Assembly: GCA_027451625.1 (NCBI GenBank)
Contig: DAIDIY010000048.1
Location: 26,917-90,916, forward strand
Source of the DNA: Candidatus Daviesbacteria bacterium
GTDB taxonomy: Bacteria > Patescibacteriota > Microgenomatia > Daviesbacterales > UBA10151
Length of the DNA: 64,000 nt
Direction: 5' to 3'
Part shown: positions 38,193-46,797 of the stretch, in pieces
Numbering within the stretch: position 1 is the first letter of the stretch
How the letters are laid out: each line of letters begins with the position of its first letter
Position numbers and translations under genes: made by a program
The notes under the pieces: generated by a model
What the model saw: the letters and a program-made list of their open reading frames with translations, nothing else
Database searches by the model: none
Told to the model about the DNA's origin: nothing

Positions 38193-40031
38193 TCATTTAA
38201 TACGAACGTCAAAAAGTCGACTTTTAATCGAAATATTACCAGGAGCCCGAAGAGCAAAAATTGTCCAAAAATCTTTACACCCTCCACCTGGATGTGAGCA
38301 GTTAACATCAAACCCGGGAAGGGTAAGATCTCCTCGATCAGTTTGAAAAGTTACATCTGCTGTATATCCTCCTCCATTTTGAGAAACACTTACACCATTC
38401 ACACTACTATATGCCCCGCCTAATGCATTTGCTCTATCCTTCATTTGTGAAATTGAATACGGTGAACCTCCACCACAATTATCTGCAGGAAGGATATGGC
38501 TTTGGTCATCGCTTGTACCTTTAGTATAAACCACCCAAGCATTTAAAATATCGGTAATGTCTTCTTGTGAAAGCCATGGATTATTACGATCACATGTAGA
38601 AAATCCGCTTCCATAGCGATAATTGCTATACCATGCTTTATAGAACCAAGGGCTGGAAGAATCGTATGCCCCTCCTGATAAACAACCGCCGTTATTACAG
38701 GTTGTATCCCAACCTTTTGTATCCAAATATCCTCCAGGAGTAGAGACATATTGAGCCGAGACTCCATCGGGCAGAATCATCCCTTTTGTTTGATCAACAG
38801 CGTCTTTCCATGCTTGAGGAGGGTTTGCACCCTTACTTGCATCATATACTTGGCAGTGATCGCTGGTACATATAGTAGATCCACTTTGAATATAGTGGTA
38901 AGCATATGTTCGCGCAGCTATTGCTTGAGCTTTAAGAGCCGCTAAATTATTATCTGTCCAGGAAGCAGGCATCTCAGCTATACCATATAAATACTGTGTC
39001 TCAAAAGGCATAGTCCCTTGATCTGTATTAATTGTAGCTGGCATACTTCGCTGTATAGGAGTAGATCCGTAATATGCCTGAAGTATTGCATTATAGTCTT
39101 GGCCTGCCTTAGCTCTTGCCCAAGCTCCATACTGACTCATTCCATTTCTGCGGAAATTAGAACCATTTCCAGCATAAGCTCCAAAAGAAAATACAGTCAC
39201 AGAGCCAGAAGGTGCATTAGATTGCCAGCCAGACAATGATGCATTTGGGTCATCAGCCAAAGCCGCACTCCCTACAGAAACATTAAAATTTCCTGATTTA
39301 GCTGCTATTAAAGATTGTTGTTGTGCTGTAAGACTCGCTATCTTTGTTTCTAAATCCTTTTGGTATGCCTTAGCTGTAGTAATTACACCTCCCAAATACT
39401 GAGCATTTTTATCTACTTGAGCTTGAAAGGAAGCAAGACTTGCTTTGTCTTTTTCCAGTTTAGCCTTTTCATTTGCTAAATTAACCATATCTAAGGTTAC
39501 ACTGCCAATGACTCTTTGATCTTCTGCTGTCGTTGCTTGACTATAAGTCATCTCTCTTATTAGATCACCTGTATTATTAGATGAAAGAAGCATTATTAGT
39601 GGGTTAACTAAAAAAGATTGAATATAATATGCTCTAACCCTAGAATCAAGGAGTACTTGCTGTGTTGCCAGTTTATCCTCACGAACTTTAATATCCTCTT
39701 CCCTTTGACCTATCTGATCTGACAGATTATTTAATCTGATCTGTATTTGATTGAGTTGAACTTTTATCGCTTCCAGTTGACCTTCTAAAGGTTTGGTTGC
39801 ATTTATAGAATTTTGCAGATTGGTATTTAGTTGGTTAATTTCTTGTCCAATCGATTGTATGCATTGATCTGATGTATCGTTACATGTTGTATCAGCCCAA
39901 ATTAAATGGATAGGTGTAAAAAAAGAAATCAAGCCGATCATTAAGGAGAAAGCAAATATGGTTACAATTCTTTTTTTATATATTTTAGAAAACAACTTAT
40001 CTAGATGCATAAAAGACAAATGAGGATGCAT
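38193..40031 (-). CDS. SpoIID/LytB-domain protein with N-terminal coiled-coil (EnvC-like architecture); probable cell-wall remodelling enzyme
   Basis: N-terminal signal/TM, a long coiled-coil (aa 60-230), then NGMSQYGAWARAKAGQDYNAILQAYYGS matching the SpoIID/LytB signature (GMSQxGAxxMAxxGxxYxxILxHYYxG). Confidence 0.5.
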   Translation of the reverse strand: MHPHLSFMHLDKLFSKIYKKRIVTIFAFSLMIGLISFFTPIHLIWADTTCNDTSDQCIQSIGQEINQLNTNLQNSINATKPLEGQLEAIKVQLNQIQIRLNNLSDQIGQREEDIKVREDKLATQQVLLDSRVRAYYIQSFLVNPLIMLLSSNNTGDLIREMTYSQATTAEDQRVIGSVTLDMVNLANEKAKLEKDKASLASFQAQVDKNAQYLGGVITTAKAYQKDLETKIASLTAQQQSLIAAKSGNFNVSVGSAALADDPNASLSGWQSNAPSGSVTVFSFGAYAGNGSNFRRNGMSQYGAWARAKAGQDYNAILQAYYGSTPIQRSMPATINTDQGTMPFETQYLYGIAEMPASWTDNNLAALKAQAIAARTYAYHYIQSGSTICTSDHCQVYDASKGANPPQAWKDAVDQTKGMILPDGVSAQYVSTPGGYLDTKGWDTTCNNGGCLSGGAYDSSSPWFYKAWYSNYRYGSGFSTCDRNNPWLSQEDITDILNAWVVYTKGTSDDQSHILPADNCGGGSPYSISQMKDRANALGGAYSSVNGVSVSQNGGGYTADVTFQTDRGDLTLPGFDVNCSHPGGGCKDFWTIFALRAPGNISIKSRLFDVRIK

Positions 40032-40097
40032 ATTAAAATTTTACCACAGTAATCACTTACTAGACACTTATATCCAGCCTGAGATATTCTATTATTA

Positions 40098-42041
40098 ATG
40101 ATTCCCATTAAAAAGTACTTAAAAGTATCTGCTATATTAATCGTTCTTATGATGTTTTTTTCGATCTTTCCCAAAAAAGTTAAAGCTGATAATAATTTTA
40201 GTTATTCTCAATACTTTGGGACTCTCAATCAAATCTCAACTTCTGGAATAAAGGTTACAATTACAAATAATGCTGGCGACTTTGCATCTGGTTCAGATAT
40301 TTCTTATGCATGGGGTTTGTCTTATAATGGATCCCCGATTGATGTAGAAAACTCTATTCCCCAGATAAGTGGTAACACAATTACTGTTGATATTTATTCA
40401 TCATATTTTCAATGGTACGGCGCTGGGAACTACCAATTTTCATTATGGGTTGGAAAGTTTGGACAACCTCCTGATTATAATTCATCAAGTGCAAGTTATA
40501 TTATTCACAATAAAACAATCGTCTTCAAACAAGTTTGTCCTTCCAATACAGGATGTAGTGATGATGCGACTTTTAGCAACAACTCTTCTCCAATAAAAGT
40601 AGTTATTGGAGAAAATACAATGCCTAAGATAACAGTCAACAACCTTTATGATTACAATAGCTATTATTTTTGGTGGATTGATGGAAATAATAATTTAGAA
40701 AATTCTGGTTATAGCCTTGTAAATCCAGGTGAACAAACCGAACAAGTAGTAGGGGTTAACGCACCCAATTCTTTGCTTTCAAATGCATATGAAAATAGTA
40801 GCAATGCAAAATCTGTGACTTTATATCTTTGTATAACAACAGATTCGACAGGCATTCCTCCAACTTCTTCTGGATGTATAAATAAACAACAATTTGAATT
40901 TGATCCTCCATCAATCTACCCCTACCCCAACCCCATACAGATAAATCAACCTGCACAAGTATTAATCAGTTTTGGGGGAGTAGGAACTAATTACACATTC
41001 GTGCCGACATCTGGGTTCGGGTATCTCCTAAACTCAAACTCTCCAACACGAGATGGATCCTTTGTGATCCCAATAGGCACATTTTCTCAACCGGGGAATC
41101 CTTCATATTGTATGATTATAAATTCTGGAGCAAATCAAATAGGCGATGATCAAAATTGTCAATTTAAAGTAACATTTAATGTTCAGGCGTCTCCAAGCAC
41201 ATCTACAAATCTTCCTTGTGGACCCACAAGTTCGGCTTCTATATCTTTATACTCAGATGGTCAACAAACATCAACTCTAGAAATAAACAAATCAGGGAGT
41301 ATTGACTGGAATAATATTTGCATTCCCTCTCCGCAAGATGTAATTAAAATCTTTAAAACAGATTCTTCTGGGAATAATTTAGGTGACCCAGTCTTTTATA
41401 CCTATGTTGATTGTAAAAATGTGACAACAGGGCAACAAGACGATCCAAACATAGGTGATAGTCCCCTACCTTCAGGAAATTGTTCAGTAGGACCTTTTAC
41501 AGACACAGGAAACTATAAAGCTTATTATGTGTCTATTTTCTATCAAAACAACCCTCTAGCTTCTTTTCCATTCGTAGTTACCTTACCTAATACGCCTACA
41601 GTAACTACATCTCCTCAGTCTTTAACATCAGCTCCTCCTGCTCCAGTTGTTTCTAATTCTACCGGACAATTATGTAATGTAAAAACAGGTAAGTATTATA
41701 ATGGCTCACCAAGTAACCCAACTCCTCTGACTTTAGACGATATACCAAATCCAGCAGATAGAGGAGTTTATACTGCAGTAGGATGTGTTCCAACAGATCC
41801 AGCTATTTTTATAAATAACCTATTAAGAGTAGCAATTGGAGCGGGAGGTGGAATAGCACTTCTACTTATGGTAAGAGGTGTGTTTGAGATTATGGGTTCA
41901 GCTGGCAATCAAGAAGCAGTACATAAAGGTCGAGATCAACTTATTTCAGCGGGTATTGGACTCCTATTTATAATTTTTGCAGTCCTCCTTCTCAAATTCA
42001 TCGGAATTAATATATTGCAAATTCCGGGATTTTCTTCTTAA
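40098..42041 (+). CDS. large secreted Ser/Thr/Asn-rich protein ending in a VirB2/TrbC-like pilin module (pilin-fusion adhesin candidate)
   Basis: Signal peptide MIPIKKYLKVSAILIVLMMFFSIFPKKVKA. About 560 aa of low-complexity extracellular sequence. C-terminal 75 aa (LRVAIGAGGGIALLLMVRGVFEIMGSAGNQEAVHKGRDQLISAGIGLLFIIFAVLLL) has the same helix/GxxxE charged loop/helix pattern as the next four genes. Confidence 0.55.
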   Translation: MIPIKKYLKVSAILIVLMMFFSIFPKKVKADNNFSYSQYFGTLNQISTSGIKVTITNNAGDFASGSDISYAWGLSYNGSPIDVENSIPQISGNTITVDIYSSYFQWYGAGNYQFSLWVGKFGQPPDYNSSSASYIIHNKTIVFKQVCPSNTGCSDDATFSNNSSPIKVVIGENTMPKITVNNLYDYNSYYFWWIDGNNNLENSGYSLVNPGEQTEQVVGVNAPNSLLSNAYENSSNAKSVTLYLCITTDSTGIPPTSSGCINKQQFEFDPPSIYPYPNPIQINQPAQVLISFGGVGTNYTFVPTSGFGYLLNSNSPTRDGSFVIPIGTFSQPGNPSYCMIINSGANQIGDDQNCQFKVTFNVQASPSTSTNLPCGPTSSASISLYSDGQQTSTLEINKSGSIDWNNICIPSPQDVIKIFKTDSSGNNLGDPVFYTYVDCKNVTTGQQDDPNIGDSPLPSGNCSVGPFTDTGNYKAYYVSIFYQNNPLASFPFVVTLPNTPTVTTSPQSLTSAPPAPVVSNSTGQLCNVKTGKYYNGSPSNPTPLTLDDIPNPADRGVYTAVGCVPTDPAIFINNLLRVAIGAGGGIALLLMVRGVFEIMGSAGNQEAVHKGRDQLISAGIGLLFIIFAVLLLKFIGINILQIPGFSS

Positions 42042-42102
42042 TAAAATACTAATTTCTCTTTACTGTCTTGCCTAGAAAAATTTAAAAGATTAGTATGTTC
42101 TT

Positions 42103-42786
42103 ATGTTATCATTTTTGAGTAATACAGCTTACGCTCAGACATTAAAAATTCCTGGACTAGATCAAATTAAAGGTCCCCTAACTAATACAAATCGACCTTT
42201 TGATACTCCGGGAGGAGTTATCACAACAGGTTTAGATATTTTTTTTACAGTCATGACTTTTATTGCCTTTTTATGGATGATCTGGGGAGCTATTGCATAC
42301 ATATTTGCTGCTGGGGAGAAGGAAGCATTATCTAAAGCTAAAAATCGAATATTCGCTGCTTTAATAGGATTGTTTATAATTGCTTTATCTTATACAGCCA
42401 CCCAATTAATTTTTCAAATACTACAGCCTAATGTTCCTAATCCACTATCTCTTAGCATTATTCAACCTGTTTATGCACAAGCATCAACAGGTTATGGTTC
42501 AGATTTGAGTAAAACATATGCTTTTGGTAATTTCTTAGATTTTGGTAGCATTACTGCATTAATTATGCCTTTTATTTTCTCTATAGCTACTACTGGAGTA
42601 GTTATATACTTTCTAATTGGAGCTTTTAGATTTGTTATCTCAGCTGGTAATAAAGAATCAATAAGTAAAGCACAGTCAATGATTACCCATGCAGTAATTG
42701 GATTCTTTATTTTGATATTTATTTTTCTGATATTTCAATTTATTCCGCAATTTTTCGGTTTTAAGTTTAGTGTATTTGGCCAGTAG
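42103..42786 (+). CDS. VirB2/TrbC-like pilin-fold protein, internal tandem duplication (two modules)
   Basis: Module 1 FFTVMTFIAFLWMIWGAIAYIFAAGEKEALSKAKNRIFAALIGLFIIALSY. Module 2 FIFSIATTGVVIYFLIGAFRFVISAGNKESISKAQSMITHAVIGFFILIFIFLIF. Confidence 0.55.
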   Translation: MLSFLSNTAYAQTLKIPGLDQIKGPLTNTNRPFDTPGGVITTGLDIFFTVMTFIAFLWMIWGAIAYIFAAGEKEALSKAKNRIFAALIGLFIIALSYTATQLIFQILQPNVPNPLSLSIIQPVYAQASTGYGSDLSKTYAFGNFLDFGSITALIMPFIFSIATTGVVIYFLIGAFRFVISAGNKESISKAQSMITHAVIGFFILIFIFLIFQFIPQFFGFKFSVFGQ

Positions 42787-42834
42787 TTAACTTAAATATT
42801 TTATAAACAAAAATGTTAAGATTTAAAATCTAAA

Positions 42835-43371
42835 ATGACAAAAAAACTTTTAGTTTTATCTGTTTTTATAGTAGTCTTTTTTTTGGCTATTCCAAACAAC
42901 GTTTATGCTTGCAGTGGGCCTGGAGATTGTCCTGCTGGTGAATATTGCAACACTAGTAACCCTCCGGGAGAATGCCAGTCTGTCTTAGGACATATTAGTC
43001 CTCCCCAAGCTATTTCGAATATAGGTTACGGGTCTCAGGGTATTGGACACTTCTTAAGCCAGCTTATTCAACTTTTATATGTTGCTGCAGCAATTGTCTT
43101 TGTTTTTATGATCCTTTGGAGTGCATTTCAATGGATAATGTCAGCAGGAGATAAAGAAAAGCTAAACGCAGTAAGGAGCAGAATGATACATGCTATTATC
43201 GGTATAGCTCTTCTTGCAGCCGCTTTTGTAATAATTAGATTTTTCGGACAGGTTACAGGGTTTCATTTCTTCCAAGGACAAGAAAATCCAGACTTCTCTC
43301 TTCCTACACCTACTCCTTGTTTAATGTTTGTTCCAGGAGCAGGTCAATTGACTCCTCAGCCTTGTTCCTAA
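42835..43371 (+). CDS. VirB2/TrbC-like pilin-fold protein with Cys-rich N-terminal segment
   Basis: Signal peptide; CSGPGDCPAGEYCNTSNPPGEC; then LLYVAAAIVFVFMILWSAFQWIMSAGDKEKLNAVRSRMIHAIIGIALLAAAFVII. Confidence 0.55.
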   Translation: MTKKLLVLSVFIVVFFLAIPNNVYACSGPGDCPAGEYCNTSNPPGECQSVLGHISPPQAISNIGYGSQGIGHFLSQLIQLLYVAAAIVFVFMILWSAFQWIMSAGDKEKLNAVRSRMIHAIIGIALLAAAFVIIRFFGQVTGFHFFQGQENPDFSLPTPTPCLMFVPGAGQLTPQPCS

Positions 43372-43450
43372 ATTAAGTTTATATGCCTAATCTTTAGGTT
43401 CACTAGGACGAACTATTGACAAGGTACGTTAATCAATCTAAGATTAAATC

Positions 43451-43804
43451 ATGACTCCTACACCTACAGAATCACCAGCAACCACCATAGCAATTCAACC
43501 CCCAAGTGGTGTTGGAATAAGTCCTACTTATTCTATTAGCAGTTTATTCCACAATATCATAGGTTTATTTTTCGTAGTAGGTGCAATACTTGTAATATAC
43601 AATTTAATCATGGGTGCTTTTGATTGGATATTATCAGGTGGAGATAAGGAAAAAATAAGTGCTGCGAGAAATAAAATTATAAATGCTTTAATTGGTTTTG
43701 CCATACTTGCCGTTGCTTTTGTAATACTCAACTTTACTGGAAAATTAATTAATATTGATATTTCAAATCTTAATGTACCTAAATTAGGAAATCCTCCCTC
43801 TTAA
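43451..43804 (+). CDS. VirB2/TrbC-like pilin-fold protein
   Basis: IIGLFFVVGAILVIYNLIMGAFDWILSGGDKEKISAARNKIINALIGFAILAVAFVIL. Confidence 0.55.
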   Translation: MTPTPTESPATTIAIQPPSGVGISPTYSISSLFHNIIGLFFVVGAILVIYNLIMGAFDWILSGGDKEKISAARNKIINALIGFAILAVAFVILNFTGKLINIDISNLNVPKLGNPPS

Positions 43805-43870
43805 ATTTCTTCAACGATATAAACTAAGTTAGTTGTCAAAAATAAATATCTAATTTATTATTATTGTGAT

Positions 43871-44179
43871 ATGCAAGCCGCAGCAGGAATCGAGGATTTA
43901 CAAGCTTTAATTCAAAGAATTCTAGGATTAGTAGTAATTGGAGCATTCTTAGTTCTCTTATTCCTCTTCCTTTCAGCTGGATTCAAATATTTAACTTCAG
44001 GAGGAGAACCCAAAGGAGTTCAGTCAGCCCATAACACATATACATGGGCATTAATAGGTATCGCCCTTTTACTAATCGTATTTGTAGCCTTACGGTTAAT
44101 TTCTTCCTTTACCGGAGTAGATGTTACCAAGTTTTGTTTAGGTTTCCCTGGCTTGGAGAGTACTACTTCATGCTTTTAA
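43871..44179 (+). CDS. VirB2/TrbC-like pilin-fold protein
   Basis: LVVIGAFLVLLFLFLSAGFKYLTSGGEPKGVQSAHNTYTWALIGIALLLIVFVAL. Confidence 0.5.
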   Translation: MQAAAGIEDLQALIQRILGLVVIGAFLVLLFLFLSAGFKYLTSGGEPKGVQSAHNTYTWALIGIALLLIVFVALRLISSFTGVDVTKFCLGFPGLESTTSCF

Positions 44180-44970
44180 AATTAATTTCATCTGTAGTAA
44201 TAATAATTTTTATTTTTATTCCCCTTACAGTCTTTGCAGATCAAGCAAGCTCTCCATATAGTTCTCCTGGACCGACACAAGAATCACTTCCAAGCCCGAC
44301 TCTTCCCCCCGTCGATGCTTCAAAATTAGATAACGATTTTGTACTTACCAAAGTAGTTAACAAAGCTACTCTCCCTAATCTAGCAGATAGCATCACTCCA
44401 TCTTTATTTCCTTCTCCTGCTACTCAAATAGGTCTTGAAGAAAATAGTAGCTTCTTATCTTGGATAAACCAGTTTGCCTGTAGTATAGGAACTTTTATAG
44501 ATCAAATTATAGGAGGAACATTCTGCCGAGATCAATTAATCCTAGCCGCAAACAAAGGAGATCAATTTGCATCCAATGCAAGTATTGAAGCTCAATCTCA
44601 AAGGCCGTTTGATATAACGATTACTCCGATCTGGAAAAATCCTGGTCTAAAAGATTCTCCCAACCAAACAACTGGAGATAAAGATCTAACTAATATCAAT
44701 AATTCACAGGGAACATCCGTGGGTATTTATTCGCTAAACATGCCTCAACTAAAAGGAATTGATTGCCCAACTCCTCCATCCCCAGATACAAACTCACTTA
44801 ACAACGATAGTCAATATTATGCTTCTAATGGAGCTCTAACAGTTGGTGGTAATATAATTTCAGACTGTAGACTACCTGACACAAATGCTAGACGGAACGA
44901 GTACAATCAAGCAAACTTTCCTCCAGGGGTTGATCCAACTAATAAATTCATAACTCCTACACCTCCTTAG
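44170..44970 (+). CDS. secreted hypothetical protein (signal peptide)
   Basis: Start moved to the internal ATG at 44170 (MLLKLISSVVIIIFIFIPLTVFADQ...). The track ORF from 44044 would overlap the preceding pilin gene by 136 nt in another frame. Confidence 0.45.
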   Translation: MLLKLISSVVIIIFIFIPLTVFADQASSPYSSPGPTQESLPSPTLPPVDASKLDNDFVLTKVVNKATLPNLADSITPSLFPSPATQIGLEENSSFLSWINQFACSIGTFIDQIIGGTFCRDQLILAANKGDQFASNASIEAQSQRPFDITITPIWKNPGLKDSPNQTTGDKDLTNINNSQGTSVGIYSLNMPQLKGIDCPTPPSPDTNSLNNDSQYYASNGALTVGGNIISDCRLPDTNARRNEYNQANFPPGVDPTNKFITPTPP

Positions 44971-45058
44971 ATTTTGATTTAAACTCTTAGATACTTAACT
45001 CATCAAAAAATATGATTTTCCTTCTACACAAAAAATACAAATTATGTACAATTAAATT

Positions 45059-46792
45059 ATGCTTTCTGCCCGAGTATTAATTCTTTTATTCCTAACATTT
45101 ATATATTTAGTATTTACCAAAAATATTTATGCTGTCTCTCCTATCCCAACTCCGACAGATGATATAGCTCCAGGATCTATAATATTTAATAATTTTTCTC
45201 AAGATGCTTCAAAATATACGGTTCCTCCAACCCCAACACCGAATAGTACTTCAAGTTCTACCAACTCTGTTCCTGCTACATCTCAAAATTGGGGAGCAGC
45301 GCAACAAGCTCCTTTTACTCTAGACAATATGATGGGCGGAACTATTTGTTTCTTAGGAGGATTTGATCCATACGGCGCATGTCCAGTACAAAATGGTCCT
45401 TTAGTAAATGGACGAATTCAAGTTATGCTTTATAATCAAATTCCTGGAGATGGTGCTATTGGAGCTGCCAATAACTTAATGATCTCTTTATATAATCATC
45501 CTCCGACCTCAACCTCTTATTATTTAGCAAACTTGGGTAATTCAATCGGCATTACGAATACAGCTTATGCTGCATCTGGACCTGATCAAGGTTCTGGTTC
45601 GAGCCTAATTGTTCCTGTTTATAAAATATGGACATTCACCAGAAATATGGCTTACGTATTGATTATTTTTATAATTATAGCTGTTGGATTTATGATTATG
45701 TTCAGAAGCAAGATAAACCCGCAAACTACAATATCTATACAGTCAGCGATACCACGAATAGTAATAAGCTTGGCACTTATCACTTTCAGCTATTTCATTG
45801 CATCTTTATTAATTGACATATCTTTTTTTGGTGTTCAAATAATAGCTCAACTTTTTCTTCAAGCTCAGAATCAAGCAGGCGCTAATAATGCTTTTGATGT
45901 GAATAGTGTAGCTAACAATTCTAACATATTTCAATTATTGTCGATCGCTCAATCTCAGAGCTGGAATGTGGGTGAGATTATGACAGCTATCTGGAATGTA
46001 ACTTTAAATGCAGCCGGAAATAATTTTGCACAGATCGGTCATACAGGGAACATCGCTGGAGCAATAGGTTCAATTGTCACTGGATTAATTTTAGGAGTCG
46101 GAGGGTTAATAGGAGGAACTTTGGGAGGAATACTTATACCTCTTATACTTATGATAGTATTTTTTATTCAGACATTCAGACTTTTATGGAGCCTCCTTAA
46201 TGCATACATTACTATTCTTATATACACAGTGATTGGCCCGTTCCTAATTCTATATTCTGCTATTCCTGGGAAAGGAGGAGTTTTGACAAACTGGTGGAAA
46301 ACCATTTTAGGAAATTCGCTAATTTTTCCAGCTGTTATAGCCGTATTTTTATTTTCCGGTGTCATTCTAGGAACGCCTTCTACTGATTGGAATGGTGCTC
46401 GTCCTCCACTTTTGAATTTTGACAGCGGAGAGATATTAAGACTGGTAATCTCATACGGACTTCTTATCGGTCTACCTGCTATTCCCGGGATGGTCAAAGA
46501 ATTACTAGGTATTAAAGATATTCAAGGTATCCCTGGAGCAGCTATGGCTGGAGCTATGGCTGGGGTTGGAGTAGTTCAAGCGGGAGTCAATCTAACACAA
46601 ATTCCAGCTACTATTCAACAACGAAGACTTGCATGGAGTAGATACAACGCTGGAGTCGATAACGCTCCCGCTCCAAGAACTAGAACTGGTGCGACAGGTA
46701 GATATGCATTTATAAGGAATCTTCCATCCAACATTGTTGACTTGTTCGGTGGACAAGGTAATGGAACTGGTGGTGGCGGTGCGTCACACTAA
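45059..46792 (+). CDS. VirB6/TrbL-like polytopic membrane protein (candidate T4SS channel component)
   Basis: Signal peptide, ~150-aa extracellular segment, then at least six TM helices (aa 190-470), then a Gly-rich tail. Size and topology resemble VirB6/TrbL. No sequence motif, so assignment is by architecture and context. Confidence 0.4.
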   Translation: MLSARVLILLFLTFIYLVFTKNIYAVSPIPTPTDDIAPGSIIFNNFSQDASKYTVPPTPTPNSTSSSTNSVPATSQNWGAAQQAPFTLDNMMGGTICFLGGFDPYGACPVQNGPLVNGRIQVMLYNQIPGDGAIGAANNLMISLYNHPPTSTSYYLANLGNSIGITNTAYAASGPDQGSGSSLIVPVYKIWTFTRNMAYVLIIFIIIAVGFMIMFRSKINPQTTISIQSAIPRIVISLALITFSYFIASLLIDISFFGVQIIAQLFLQAQNQAGANNAFDVNSVANNSNIFQLLSIAQSQSWNVGEIMTAIWNVTLNAAGNNFAQIGHTGNIAGAIGSIVTGLILGVGGLIGGTLGGILIPLILMIVFFIQTFRLLWSLLNAYITILIYTVIGPFLILYSAIPGKGGVLTNWWKTILGNSLIFPAVIAVFLFSGVILGTPSTDWNGARPPLLNFDSGEILRLVISYGLLIGLPAIPGMVKELLGIKDIQGIPGAAMAGAMAGVGVVQAGVNLTQIPATIQQRRLAWSRYNAGVDNAPAPRTRTGATGRYAFIRNLPSNIVDLFGGQGNGTGGGGASH

Positions 46793-46797
46793 ATAAA

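Noticed and set aside
44044-44179. Upstream 42 codons of the 308-aa ORF
   Set aside because: They overlap the pilin-like gene 43871-44179 in another frame and encode a non-protein-like Arg/Tyr-rich peptide. The internal ATG at 44170 starts a canonical signal peptide.
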